From Verrucomicrobiaceae bacterium (lineage in GTDB: Bacteria > Pseudomonadota > Gammaproteobacteria > Pseudomonadales > CAMLJR01): DNA of 64,000 nt. The translations under genes and the position numbers were made by a program. Where the stretch lies: the NCBI GenBank assembly GCA_028293825.1, contig JAQGNY010000015.1, forward strand, positions 10,388 to 74,387, read 5' to 3'. A model generated the notes under the pieces. The model made no database searches. It saw only the letters and a program-made list of their open reading frames with translations, and was not told the DNA's origin. Below, one piece after another: positions 51,579 through 61,100 of this stretch. How positions within the stretch are numbered: the first letter of the stretch is position 1; each line of letters opens with the position of its first letter.

Positions 51579-51986
51579 ATGTGGTCGCATGAAGAAAGTA
51601 TTGAAACCACTGCAACGCGCGCACGCATTTGGCAATTATTCGCAGACGTGGCCGGCTGGAAACAATGGAATGCCGGTATTGAGCACATCGAGCTGCATGG
51701 ATCTTTTAAAGAGGGCGCTACGTTTTCAATGCAGCCGCCCGGCGAAGAAGCATTTGTTAGCACGTTAATTAATGTTGTTGAGAACGACAACTTTACCGAT
51801 GAAACAATAATCGATGGCACGCGTGTTTTAGTGCATCACAAAATTTCGACGCTTGCGTCCGGCAATACAAAAATAATTTACAGCACAGAAATCACCGGCC
51901 CCAACGCAGCGCAATTCGGCCCGATAGTTACCAGTGATTTTGCCGATGTATTGAAAGCGCTGAAAAATATTGCCGAACAGTCTTAA
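51579..51986 (+). CDS. SRPBCC-superfamily (polyketide cyclase/dehydrase-like) small protein
   Basis: 135-aa product MWSHEESIETTATRARIWQLFADVAGWKQWNAGIEHIEL..., a typical SRPBCC N-terminal pattern (W..F.D...W..W). Confidence 0.7.
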   Translation: MWSHEESIETTATRARIWQLFADVAGWKQWNAGIEHIELHGSFKEGATFSMQPPGEEAFVSTLINVVENDNFTDETIIDGTRVLVHHKISTLASGNTKIIYSTEITGPNAAQFGPIVTSDFADVLKALKNIAEQS

Positions 51987-51988
51987 TT

Positions 51989-52002
51989 ATTAATTCGTTA
52001 GC
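51989..52002 (+). repeat. 14-bp direct repeat ATTAATTCGTTAGC, copy 2 (contains the stop and last four codons of the HDOD gene)
   Basis: Exact copy of 51472-51485. On the minus strand it encodes ...LTN-stop of the HDOD protein. Confidence 0.8.
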
Positions 52003-53021
52003 TTGCAATTAATCGCTAGCTTGCGGGCATCGGCCTCACCAAAACCACTGTCGAGAATTTCTAATATTTTGCCGGGAAATTGCAGCTCGATAACGAGCCG
52101 CTCGACCGTTTCGCGCTCAATTTTACCGGCGCGGAAAACATGGTACGCCTCGCATAAACGATTGGAGCGCAGCAGTATTTGCCCGAGTGTAGTTTTTTGT
52201 TTTGCTTCGCTTTGCTCGGCGAGTGCGCGGACTACTTCCTCGGGCAGCTTCCAATCCTGCGCAATCCAAAACGCGAGTAGTTGCGCCCACTGCGCGAATA
52301 ACTGCGTCAACAGCGTTCCGCTCGGCGCTTGCCCGTGCAGGAATTCGCGACTCAGTGACTGCGTTTGGTTGTAAATTGTCACCACGCCGATATCGTGCAC
52401 CAGCCCGGTTAAATACGCTTTAAACGCATCGACGCCTTCGCGCTCGGCCAAATATTGGCAGCAGATCGCACACGCCAGCGAGTGATCCCAAATTTGCTGT
52501 GGCAAATTGTCGCCGCGATTAAGCAGCACGGGCTGCAACGCCGCCGTCGATAACACCATGCGCAATTTGACGATGCCGAGTGCCGCGACCGCGCGCTCGA
52601 AATTATCCAACGCCTTGCGATACGGATTGAAATAAACACTGTTGGCAACGCGCAATACCGCCGTCGCCACGACCGGATCTTGCGTAATGATGGCGACGTA
52701 ATCGCGCGCCGACGCATTCGGATCGCGCAATTGTTTTAACAGTTGTGGAATAACCGTTGGCAGACGCGGCACCGCAGCGGCGCGTTGGATCGGATTGCGC
52801 AATTGCTGCTCGACCGCCTGACCGACTAACTTTTCCGGCACCTTAAGCGCGGTTTCGACGATGTCGCGATCAAGTACTGCCTCGATAAACAGCGCGTGCA
52901 TAGCTGCGGCAGTCGCACTCTCTGCGCCAGCGCTCGCGCTCGCGTCCCGACGCGCCACAGGTACATTGTTAGGAGCGCTTTTGCCGAATTTAAATAATTG
53001 CTTGAGCCTGCTAAACATCAA
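51990..53021 (-). CDS. HDOD domain signalling protein
   Basis: ...LPTVIPQLLKQLRDPNASARDYVAIITQDPVVATAVLRVANSVYFN....FERAVAALGIVKLRMVL...HDIGVV..., the HDOD signature. 343 aa. Confidence 0.8.
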   Translation of the reverse strand: MMFSRLKQLFKFGKSAPNNVPVARRDASASAGAESATAAAMHALFIEAVLDRDIVETALKVPEKLVGQAVEQQLRNPIQRAAAVPRLPTVIPQLLKQLRDPNASARDYVAIITQDPVVATAVLRVANSVYFNPYRKALDNFERAVAALGIVKLRMVLSTAALQPVLLNRGDNLPQQIWDHSLACAICCQYLAEREGVDAFKAYLTGLVHDIGVVTIYNQTQSLSREFLHGQAPSGTLLTQLFAQWAQLLAFWIAQDWKLPEEVVRALAEQSEAKQKTTLGQILLRSNRLCEAYHVFRAGKIERETVERLVIELQFPGKILEILDSGFGEADARKLAINCKLTN

Positions 53022-53266
53022 TTCGAGCCTTTGATTTTTTTGAACTCTTTATCCCGAGTTAATAATTTAGCCCACGATGTCCTATCAGCCGAATGCACCG
53101 TGCTGGCATGACTGGCGCCGCATCACTGTAGCCATTTCGGTTCGCGCGCGCTGTAGGTAATTGGCACTATTGGCCTTCGCCGCATCGGGCTATGATTGCG
53201 CGCTAATAACAATGTAAGAACAGGGCGCGGGATTGACCCGCGTTTAAACGAAATAGGGAGCATTCC

Positions 53267-53896
53267 ATGGTTACGATTTACCACCTCAATAACTCGCGCT
53301 CGGAACGAATTGTGTGGCTGATGGAAGAGCTCGATCTGCCGTACGAACTGCAAACCTTTCAACGCGAGCCCAATATGATGGCCCCGCAAGCCTATCGCGA
53401 CATTCATCCGCTCGGTCATGCGCCGATTATTCGCGACGGCGAAACGCTAATGGTCGAATCGGGCGCGATCATCGAATACCTCTTGAATCGTTACGGCAAT
53501 GGCCGCCTGCAACCTAAAACCGACAGCGCCGATTTCGGCCGCTATCTGCAATGGATGCATTATGCGGAAGGCTCGGCCATGAGCAATCTGTTGTTGGAAT
53601 ATGTCGGCAGCATGATGAAACCCGAAAAATCCGATCAGCCCGGTCCGCTGCAAATGTTTCACGCCCGCAATCTGGAAATGGTGCAAGCGCTCAACGACGA
53701 GTTGGGACGCTTCCCGTATTTCGCCGGCGCCGAATTTACGGCTGCGGATATCATGATGGAGTTTGTGTTTTCGTTTCTGGAGCGCTGGCGCGGTGAAAAG
53801 CTTACGGCATATCCGCACGCCGCCGCCTGGTTACAACGTGTGCATGCGCGCCCTGCTTATGCCAAAGCGATGGCAGTTGCCGGTCCAAAATCATAA
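53267..53896 (+). CDS. Glutathione S-transferase
   Basis: 209-aa product MVTIYHLNNSRSERIVWLMEELDLPYEL...HPLGHAPIIRDGETLMVESGAIIEYL... with the thioredoxin-like GST N-terminal domain and an alpha-helical C-terminal domain. Confidence 0.85.
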   Translation: MVTIYHLNNSRSERIVWLMEELDLPYELQTFQREPNMMAPQAYRDIHPLGHAPIIRDGETLMVESGAIIEYLLNRYGNGRLQPKTDSADFGRYLQWMHYAEGSAMSNLLLEYVGSMMKPEKSDQPGPLQMFHARNLEMVQALNDELGRFPYFAGAEFTAADIMMEFVFSFLERWRGEKLTAYPHAAAWLQRVHARPAYAKAMAVAGPKS

Positions 53897-53905
53897 GCAG
53901 CAACG

Positions 53906-53961
53906 GTGCCGCAGCCTAAGTGCTGTGGCACAATGCCGGCCTTCCAAGCGAATGGCCGGCA
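53906..53961 (+). terminator. Two adjacent GC-rich hairpins downstream of the GST gene (possible terminator/REP pair; no T-tract)
   Basis: GTGCCGCAGC-ctaagt-GCTGTGGCAC (53906-53931) and TGCCGGCC-N12-GGCCGGCA (53934-53961). Confidence 0.3.
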
Positions 53962-54071
53962 GCGATCAATTACGTAGACAGCGTCGATCAAGCTGCATTT
54001 CGGCGCAAACGTTTAGATTGAGTGAATAACTCGGCGAATAATTGAATCAACTACCGAATCAAGAAAGAGTA

Positions 54072-54479
54072 ATGAGTTTTAACATGTCCGAATCCTGGTT
54101 GAGCGCGGTGAAGTGGGATAGCGACGGTCTGATTCCCGCCATCGCGCAGGATGCGAGCACGGGCCGCATATCGATGGTGGCGTGGATGAATCGCGAAGCA
54201 CTGACGCTGACCGCGCAAGAGAATCGTGCGGTTTACTGGTCACGCTCGCGGCAAAAGCTGTGGCGCAAAGGCGAGGAATCCGGCCATCAACAGAATGTCA
54301 GCGAAGTTCGCCTCGACTGCGACGGCGATGTGATCGTGCTGAAAGTTGAACAACGCGGCGGCATTGCCTGTCACACCGGCAGAGAAAGTTGTTTTTTCCG
54401 CGTGCTACGCGATGGCGAATGGCACACCGTGGATCCTGTTTTAAAAGATCCCGAAGCAATTTATGGCGAGTCGAAATGA
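54072..54479 (+). CDS. hisI: Phosphoribosyl-AMP cyclohydrolase
   Basis: ATG at 54072; the track ORF starts at an upstream TTG. Product has ...[27 protein letters not shown]...[29 protein letters not shown].... Confidence 0.9.
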   Translation: MSFNMSESWLSAVKWDSDGLIPAIAQDASTGRISMVAWMNREALTLTAQENRAVYWSRSRQKLWRKGEESGHQQNVSEVRLDCDGDVIVLKVEQRGGIACHTGRESCFFRVLRDGEWHTVDPVLKDPEAIYGESK

Positions 54480-54808
54480 TTGATCATGTATTGCCGGCAC
54501 TGCATGAGGTGCTCGAAAAACGCAAAAGCGAATCGTCACCCGAGAGCTCTTACGTGGCGAAGTTGCACCACGATGGCCTGGACAAAATTTTAAAGAAAGT
54601 CGGTGAGGAGTGCGCGGAAACAATTATCGCCGCTAAAAATGTCAGCGCTGGCGACAACCAAGCATTGATTTATGAAACTGCGGATTTGTGGTTTCACACG
54701 CTGGTGATGCTCTCGCACGTCGGCAGCGATTATCGCGCGGTGCTGCAAGAGCTGGAGCGGCGCTTTGATTTATCCGGGCTCGCGGAAAAAGCTGCGCGCC
54801 CCACTTAA
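54476..54808 (+). CDS. hisE: Phosphoribosyl-ATP pyrophosphatase
   Basis: ATGA overlap with the hisI stop. Product is [17 protein letters not shown]...[31 protein letters not shown]...[13 protein letters not shown].... Confidence 0.9.
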   Translation: MIDHVLPALHEVLEKRKSESSPESSYVAKLHHDGLDKILKKVGEECAETIIAAKNVSAGDNQALIYETADLWFHTLVMLSHVGSDYRAVLQELERRFDLSGLAEKAARPT

Positions 54809-54849
54809 CAATAAATATTCGCTAAATACATTTTCGTAGGAGTTGGGAT

Positions 54850-55077
54850 ATGGGCAGATTAGGTGAGCTTCTGGTGGTTCTCGCGATTGTGTTCCTGTTA
54901 TTCGGGAGCAAGCGCTTGAAGGATTTCGGCGGCGATTTAGGCGCTGCTATTAAAGGCTTCAAGAAAAACGTAACTGACGATCAACCGCCAAAACCGTTGG
55001 AGCAACAAAATGTTGATGCCAGCGTTATCGAAGGCAAAGCCGAGGCTGTGAAGCCCGGCGAAGAACAGCACAAGTAA
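54850..55077 (+). CDS. tatA: Twin-arginine translocase subunit TatA
   Basis: 75-aa product with a TM helix followed by LLFGSKRLKDFGGDLGAAIKGFKK, an amphipathic-helix motif. Confidence 0.9.
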   Translation: MGRLGELLVVLAIVFLLFGSKRLKDFGGDLGAAIKGFKKNVTDDQPPKPLEQQNVDASVIEGKAEAVKPGEEQHK

Positions 55078-55089
55078 GCGGCCTGACCT

Positions 55090-55602
55090 ATGTTCGATGT
55101 GAGCTTTTCCGAACTGGCGCTGATTTTAATCGTCGGTCTGCTGGTGTTTGGGCCAGAGAAGCTGCCGGAAGTTGTGCGCACCGCCAGCACCTGGATCAGC
55201 AAAATCCGCCGCAGCTTTAATCAGATTCGCAGCGAGATCGAGCGCGAAGTGGGCGTCGATGAAATCAAGCGCGAAATTCACAATCAGTCGATTCTCGATA
55301 GCCTGAAAGATGTGCGTAACGATCTGCATCGGGCGCATCAAGATTTGCGCGATCTGCCCTATGACATTAAAGATGTGGTCGACCGGCATGAAGTGCCAGC
55401 CGAGCCGCTGCACCTCGAAAAGCCCCCCGCAGCTGTGACTCCGACGCTTGCCAGCACCAATCCCGACGATGACTTTCGTCACAACGACACCGTACCTATC
55501 GACGACTTCGCATCTATCGATGCGCCGGAACCAGAACCCGTGCGTACTAATTCCGCCTTTATTGATGCACCAACCAAACCGTCTTCATCGCAATCATCAT
55601 GA
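55090..55602 (+). CDS. tatB: Twin-arginine translocase subunit TatB
   Basis: [41 protein letters not shown] is the canonical TatB N-terminus. Confidence 0.9.
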   Translation: MFDVSFSELALILIVGLLVFGPEKLPEVVRTASTWISKIRRSFNQIRSEIEREVGVDEIKREIHNQSILDSLKDVRNDLHRAHQDLRDLPYDIKDVVDRHEVPAEPLHLEKPPAAVTPTLASTNPDDDFRHNDTVPIDDFASIDAPEPEPVRTNSAFIDAPTKPSSSQSS

Positions 55603-56366
55603 GTGAACCCATAGACAGTCAGGCGATGCCGCTGGTCGCGCATCTCACCGAATTGCGCTCGCGCTTATTGCGCGCTGTATTGGCGGTGGGATTGATCCTG
55701 TGTTCGCTGCTTTATTTCAGCAATGACATTTACTCGTTTTTCTCGGAGCCGTTGCGACGGCTGCTGCCTGCCGGCAGCACCATGATTGCAACCGAAGTGG
55801 CGAGCACCTTCTTCGCGCCGTTTAAGTTGACGCTGGTTGCCTCGCTGCTGATTTCAATGCCGTACATTCTTTATCAAATCTGGAGCTTTATCGCTCCGGG
55901 CCTGTATCGGCATGAACGGCGTTTCGCGATTCCGTTGTTTGTCTCGAGCATTCTGCTGTTTTATCTCGGCATGGCGTTCGCGTATTACATAACCTTTCCG
56001 CTGGTGTTCGGGTTTTTCGCGCACACCGCCCCGGAAGGTGTTGCGTACACACCCGACATCACGAAGTTTCTCGATGTCGCGTTAAAAATGCTGTTCGCAT
56101 TCGGGTTTATTTTTGAAATCCCGATCGCCACGGTATTGCTGGTGTGGTCGGGAATTACCACAGTCGATGCGCTGGCAAAGAAACGGCCTTACGTGATTGT
56201 TGGTTGCTTTGTGGTGGGCGCGTTGCTATCGCCGCCGGATGTGTTGTCGCAGACGTTAATGGCGTTGCCGATGTGGCTATTATTTGAGGCGGGAGTATTT
56301 TTCTGCCGCTTTATCAAACGCCGTGATCCAAACAGGGCTGAAGCGGACGCGGACGACGCCGATTAA
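55599..56366 (+). CDS. tatC: Twin-arginine translocase subunit TatC
   Basis: [18 protein letters not shown]... with six TM helices. ATGA overlap with tatB. Confidence 0.92.
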   Translation: MSEPIDSQAMPLVAHLTELRSRLLRAVLAVGLILCSLLYFSNDIYSFFSEPLRRLLPAGSTMIATEVASTFFAPFKLTLVASLLISMPYILYQIWSFIAPGLYRHERRFAIPLFVSSILLFYLGMAFAYYITFPLVFGFFAHTAPEGVAYTPDITKFLDVALKMLFAFGFIFEIPIATVLLVWSGITTVDALAKKRPYVIVGCFVVGALLSPPDVLSQTLMALPMWLLFEAGVFFCRFIKRRDPNRAEADADDAD

Positions 56367-57832
56367 TAGTTGGAATCGCCGCTGCCGTAATTTAAAGCCA
56401 GATTATCGAAGCGCGTGTATTTGCCAATAAACGCCAAGCGCGCGGTGCCGATTGGACCGTTGCGCTGCTTGCCGATGATGATTTCCGCCACGCCCTTATC
56501 GGTCGACTCTTCGTTATAAACTTCATCGCGATAAATAAACATGATGATGTCCGCGTCCTGCTCGATAGCGCCCGATTCGCGCAAATCCGAGTTCACCGGA
56601 CGCTTATTGGGCCGCTGCTCGACACCGCGATTGAGCTGCGACAGAGCCACCACCGGACATTCGAACTCCTTCGCCATCGCTTTGATCGAACGCGAAATTT
56701 CCGAAATTTCGGCGGTGCGGCCATCAGTGCTCCCAGCCACCTGCATTAACTGGATATAGTCGATCATGATCATCGCCGGAGAGCCGTGTTCACGCGCGAT
56801 ACGCCGTGTGCGCGAGCGAATTTCGATCGGCGATAACGCCGGTGTATCGTCGATAAACAGCGGTCTATCTTTTAATTTGCTGATTGCCGCGCTGAGTTTC
56901 GGCCAGTCTTCATCCTCAAGCTTGCCGGTGCGCACCTTGGTTTGGTTGATACGGCCGATCGACGACAGCAACCGCATGATCAATTGTTCGGCCGGCATTT
57001 CCATACTGAACACGATCACCGGCTTGGTGCCAGTCATGACCGCGTGCTCGACCAGGTTCATCGCGAACGTGGTTTTGCCCATCGATGGCCGCGCCGCGAC
57101 CACGACCATATCGCCGCGCTGCAAGCCCGACGTCATCTCGTCGAGATCTTTAAACCCCGTGCTGACACCCGTGATGATCGAATCGCTGTTGAACAATTCG
57201 TCGATCCGATCCACGGCGCGCTTCAAAATCGGATTGATCGCTTCGGGACCGCCGTTTTTCGGGCGCTCCTCGGTAATTTGCGCGATGCGGCGTTCCGCTT
57301 CATCCAACAATTCGCCGCTATTGCGACCTTCGGGATGGAAACCACTATCCGCAATCGCCTGCGCCGCTGCGATCAGCGCGCGCAGACTAGAACGCTCGCG
57401 CACCGCCACGGCATAGGCGCGAATATTCGCCGCACTCGGCGTGTTGCGCGCGATTTCTGCGAGATAGGAAAAGCCGCCAGCACGGTCCAACTCATCGGCG
57501 TGCGCGAGCGCATCGGCCAGCGTCACAACGTCGATGGGCTGAGCTGCTTCAGTCAGCTGCGCCATGCGCCGAAAAATGAGGCGATGCTCAGGGCGATAGA
57601 AGTCGACGTCGCTGACGAGATCGGCCACGCGATCCCAGGCATCATTGGCGATCATCAGACCGCCCAACACGGATTGTTCGGCCTCCAGCGAATGCGGCGG
57701 CACCTTCAGCTGCGCGAGATCGGAGAAATTCGAACCGCGGTCGTGCTCGGCCTCAAGATCGGACGCCGAATCGGGGACCGAGTCTGAAGCTAGATCAGCC
57801 ATATAGGGCGCGTCGTCGATCTCGGTTTCCAC
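56363..57832 (-). CDS. dnaB: Replicative DNA helicase DnaB
   Basis: ...[18 protein letters not shown]...[17 protein letters not shown] (Walker A) ...IMIDYIQLM...[14 protein letters not shown].... The start is uncertain: GTG at 57832 or ATG at 57802, neither with a good SD. Confidence 0.9.
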   Translation of the reverse strand: METEIDDAPYMADLASDSVPDSASDLEAEHDRGSNFSDLAQLKVPPHSLEAEQSVLGGLMIANDAWDRVADLVSDVDFYRPEHRLIFRRMAQLTEAAQPIDVVTLADALAHADELDRAGGFSYLAEIARNTPSAANIRAYAVAVRERSSLRALIAAAQAIADSGFHPEGRNSGELLDEAERRIAQITEERPKNGGPEAINPILKRAVDRIDELFNSDSIITGVSTGFKDLDEMTSGLQRGDMVVVAARPSMGKTTFAMNLVEHAVMTGTKPVIVFSMEMPAEQLIMRLLSSIGRINQTKVRTGKLEDEDWPKLSAAISKLKDRPLFIDDTPALSPIEIRSRTRRIAREHGSPAMIMIDYIQLMQVAGSTDGRTAEISEISRSIKAMAKEFECPVVALSQLNRGVEQRPNKRPVNSDLRESGAIEQDADIIMFIYRDEVYNEESTDKGVAEIIIGKQRNGPIGTARLAFIGKYTRFDNLALNYGSGDSNY

Positions 57833-57889
57833 AGGATATTTGTTACCGGGCTAATAATGCGGGGGAGGCATTGTGGAAGAATTGGCCGC

Positions 57890-57932
57890 AAAAAAAAAGC
57901 ACCCACTGCGCGCAGTAAGCGGCAGCGGGTGC
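57890..57932 (-). terminator. Rho-independent terminator after rplI
   Basis: The minus strand reads GCACCCGCTG-N14-CAGTGGGTGC (10 bp with one G-U pair), followed by T9. Confidence 0.85.
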
Positions 57933-57948
57933 TTTTCGATAAAGCAAC

Positions 57949-58395
57949 TTACTCGGCGATAACTTTCAGCGTAATCGCTTGAGTCACGTCGGAGTGCACC
58001 TGAATATCCACTTGGTATTCGCCGATATCGCGCAGCGGGCCGTCCGGTAAACGCACTTCGCTTTTCTCGACAGCTATACCAGCCGCGGTGATCGCATCGG
58101 CGATATCGCGAGTGCCGATGGAACCGAACAGTTTGCCTTCATCGCCCGCATTGGCGGCGATAGTGACAACCAGTTCAGCCAGCTGCGCTGCACGCGCTTC
58201 AGCCGCGCCACGCTGCTCGGCGGCAGTGGCTTCAAGCTCGGCACGACGGCGCTCGAACTCTTCGACGTTGTTTTTCGTTGCGGCAACAGCTTTACCAAAC
58301 GGGATCAGGAAATTGCGGCCATAACCTGGCTTCACATTGACCTTATCGCCGAGGTTGCCGAGACGACCTACTTTTTCCAGCAGAATGACTTGCAT
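57949..58395 (-). CDS. rplI: 50S ribosomal protein L9
   Basis: Internal ATG at 58395 gives [37 protein letters not shown].... Confidence 0.93.
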   Translation of the reverse strand: MQVILLEKVGRLGNLGDKVNVKPGYGRNFLIPFGKAVAATKNNVEEFERRRAELEATAAEQRGAAEARAAQLAELVVTIAANAGDEGKLFGSIGTRDIADAITAAGIAVEKSEVRLPDGPLRDIGEYQVDIQVHSDVTQAITLKVIAE

Positions 58396-58471
58396 GATTT
58401 CACCCTCATACGCCCCGCGACTTCTGGGTCGCGTTGCTCTATTAATCCGCATTTGGCCAGGCGGCCATCCG

Positions 58472-59323
58472 CTATTGCGAGCGAGCGCGCAAGCGCTCGC
58501 GAAAATCCCACCAACTATCAATCAAGGCGAGCAGTAACAGAGTTGCCGTCACCACTTCCCACAACACTATCCAAGCCAGGTACAGCGCAATTAACGGTCC
58601 GCGCCCCCAACCTTTAATTCCGACCATACCGTGTATCAGCGCGAAGCCTGAGACTACAAACGGCAGCGCGAACATGATCGACCACCACTGATAATCCTCG
58701 CCTAACAACGCCGTTAGCGCGCCACCGGCAATCAACCCAGCAGCCAGCGGCAACGGCAGGCGCAAGCGATGGAACTCATCGCGAAAACCGCCGGGGTTAT
58801 ACAGTGCAGCCTGCCACCACCGCGCCATCAACAACGCAATCACGGCCAAACAAGTACTGCGCAACGCCAACAAACCACTGACCTGAACCGCGTTCAGCTG
58901 ACCAAGCACAGCAGCTTGCTCAGCCGGTATGTTCTCGGCGATAAACTGATTTAGCTTCAGCACCAGCAGCGTTACAAACTCAGCGCCGACCAGGCTGACT
59001 ACAAAGCCGGACATCAAACCAGTGATAACAATTGCTATCAGCGCGAGCGGCCATGAGCGCGACCAGCGCAGCACGTAAGCGGCAATCGCAGTCGCGATCA
59101 ATGCCGTCACCGGTCCCGGATCGCCCTGCCACAACCAAATGCCAATGGCTGCCAACAACGCCCAACCGAGCACGATAAAGGCATCCAGAGCACCGCGCCG
59201 CAGCACGACCAAACCAACTACACCGGCGCTAATCCAGACAAAAACCGACAGTACGATACCCAGTACCGCCACACCTATCGCCTGGGCGCGCCCTCGCATT
59301 GCAAATTCGGCCAGTGCGCGCAT
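58472..59323 (-). CDS. Polytopic inner-membrane protein of unknown function encoded between rpsR and rplI
   Basis: 283-aa product that is almost entirely hydrophobic helices. The same operon position is occupied by a membrane protein in Pseudomonas. Confidence 0.6.
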   Translation of the reverse strand: MRALAEFAMRGRAQAIGVAVLGIVLSVFVWISAGVVGLVVLRRGALDAFIVLGWALLAAIGIWLWQGDPGPVTALIATAIAAYVLRWSRSWPLALIAIVITGLMSGFVVSLVGAEFVTLLVLKLNQFIAENIPAEQAAVLGQLNAVQVSGLLALRSTCLAVIALLMARWWQAALYNPGGFRDEFHRLRLPLPLAAGLIAGGALTALLGEDYQWWSIMFALPFVVSGFALIHGMVGIKGWGRGPLIALYLAWIVLWEVVTATLLLLALIDSWWDFRERLRARSQ

Positions 59324-59386
59324 CGCTCTCGCTTATCTTTCACGGCGAGCCTAAGCCCGCCACGTATTTAGTCGTGTTGATCCGGC

Positions 59387-59617
59387 TTATTCGTGTTGAT
59401 CCGAATAGGGCAACAGAGCCAGAAAACGGGCGCGCTTAATCGCGGTAGCCAACTGACGCTGATAACGCGCCTTGGTGCCAGTGATACGACTCGGTACGAT
59501 TTTGCCGGTTTCGGATACGTACGCTTTCAGGGTTTCCAGATCTTTGTAATCGATCTCTTTGGTGCCTTCAGCGGTAAAACGGCAGAACTTGCGACGACGA
59601 AAAAAACGTTGTGCCAT
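59387..59617 (-). CDS. rpsR: 30S ribosomal protein S18
   Basis: [71 protein letters not shown]. Confidence 0.95.
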   Translation of the reverse strand: MAQRFFRRRKFCRFTAEGTKEIDYKDLETLKAYVSETGKIVPSRITGTKARYQRQLATAIKRARFLALLPYSDQHE

Positions 59618-59689
59618 GACACTATTCCTATAAGTTCGGTAAGGCCCTGCAAATTCGATTCGGGCCTATGAATTCGATTTGGGGCGCGC

Positions 59690-60133
59690 TTACTCTTCGG
59701 ACTCGTCCGCAACTTCGTCTTCGCTGTCTTCTTCCAGCTCATCGACAGCTTCAGCACGACGGCCTTCGCCTTCATCGCGGCGATCGCCACGACCACGACG
59801 CTCGCGGCTTTCTTTCTCGGCCTTCATGATGAACGACTCATCAACCACTGCTTCGTCGCGTTGGATGATGATGTTGCGCAGCACGGCGTCGTTGTAACGG
59901 AAGTTGGTGCCCAACTCCTCGATCACAGGGAGAGTGGCTTCGACATTCATCAGGATGTAGTGGGCTTTGTGGACTTTATTGATCGAGTAAGCCAGTTGAC
60001 GACGGCCCCAATCTTCCACACGGTGAACTTGACCACCGTCTTTCTCGATGGTTTGTTTGTAGCGCTCGACCATACCAGGCACTTGCTCGCTCTGGTCGGG
60101 ATGAACCAAAAACACAATCTCGTAATGACGCAT
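59690..60133 (-). CDS. rpsF: 30S ribosomal protein S6 (acidic C-terminal tail)
   Basis: [25 protein letters not shown]...[22 protein letters not shown].... Confidence 0.95.
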   Translation of the reverse strand: MRHYEIVFLVHPDQSEQVPGMVERYKQTIEKDGGQVHRVEDWGRRQLAYSINKVHKAHYILMNVEATLPVIEELGTNFRYNDAVLRNIIIQRDEAVVDESFIMKAEKESRERRGRGDRRDEGEGRRAEAVDELEEDSEDEVADESEE

Positions 60134-60268
60134 AGCGACTCCTTACGGGTTGTAGTCACCCAGCAAAATCTGGTGTGACAAGGAGATAACGGACCGACGT
60201 GAGCCGGGCCGTAGAAAAAGAGGCGCGATTTTAGGCAAACGGAGCCGCGCATGCAAGCACCATGCGCA

Positions 60269-61024
60269 TCAGACCGAACTATTTTTGCGCTTGGCACCTT
60301 GGCGCTGCCGCACCGCTTCGAATAAACAGACACCGGTAGCGACGGAAACGTTAAGGCTGCTGACACTACCGGCCATCGGCAGCTTGACCAGAAAATCGCA
60401 CAGCTCGCGGGTTAATCGACGCAACCCGCTGCCCTCCGCGCCCATTGCCAGCGCAATCGGACCGCTTAAATCCTGATCGTAAATGAGCGCATCGGCCTCG
60501 CCGGCAGCACCGACAATCCACACGCCCCACTCTTTCAAATCGCGCAATGTCCGCGCGAGATTAGTGACCTGTATAAAAGGAATGACCTCGGCCGCGCCGC
60601 ACGCCACCTTGCGCACCACCGGCGTTAACCCGGCCGCTTTATCGCGCGGCGCGATGACGACATCGACACCCGCCGCATCGGCGCTGCGTAAACAGGCGCC
60701 GAGGTTATGCGGATCGGTGACGCCATCGAGAATTAAAATCAGCGGCTTAGCGCTGCGCTGCACGAGGTTTTTTAAATCCTCTTCGCGATATTCGAAATTG
60801 CTCGCCAGCAACGCCACAACGCCCTGATGTTTTGCATCGAAACGCTCGAGCTCATTGCGGTCGGCGCGCTCGACTCGAATATTTTGTTTTTCTGCCGCAT
60901 CAAGCAATTGCTGCATGCGCTGATCCGCACGACCACTCAATACTTTTAATTGCTCGATACGCTCCGGCGCGCGTTCAAGCAACGCTGCGACGGTATGAAT
61001 GCCATAAATAAAATCTTGCTTCAC
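60269..61024 (-). CDS. rlmB: 23S rRNA (guanosine2251-2'-O)-methyltransferase
   Basis: IYGIHTVAALLE...ILILDGVTDPHNLGACLRSADAAGVD...ALAMGAEGSGLRRLTRELCD.LVKLPMAGSVSSLNVSVATGVCLFE, a SpoU/TrmH family pattern. Downstream of rnr, as in E. coli and Pseudomonas. Confidence 0.9.
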   Translation of the reverse strand: MKQDFIYGIHTVAALLERAPERIEQLKVLSGRADQRMQQLLDAAEKQNIRVERADRNELERFDAKHQGVVALLASNFEYREEDLKNLVQRSAKPLILILDGVTDPHNLGACLRSADAAGVDVVIAPRDKAAGLTPVVRKVACGAAEVIPFIQVTNLARTLRDLKEWGVWIVGAAGEADALIYDQDLSGPIALAMGAEGSGLRRLTRELCDFLVKLPMAGSVSSLNVSVATGVCLFEAVRQRQGAKRKNSSV

Positions 61025-61100
61025 GAAAAATTCCTGCCGCTATGAATTGCACCTGCAATAAAAAATTGCGCGGCAATAAAAATAAAATGAAAAATATCTA

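Noticed and set aside
51473-51820. 115-aa minus-strand ORF ending in ...MLTN-stop at the first 14-bp repeat copy
   Set aside because: Antisense to the SRPBCC ORF, which has a recognisable family pattern. The Ser/Cys-rich translation has no motifs. The LTN-stop ending is simply a consequence of the duplicated 14-mer.
56766-57787. Two long + strand ORFs (216 and 281 aa)
   Set aside because: Both are antisense to dnaB and have low-complexity Arg/Ser-rich translations.
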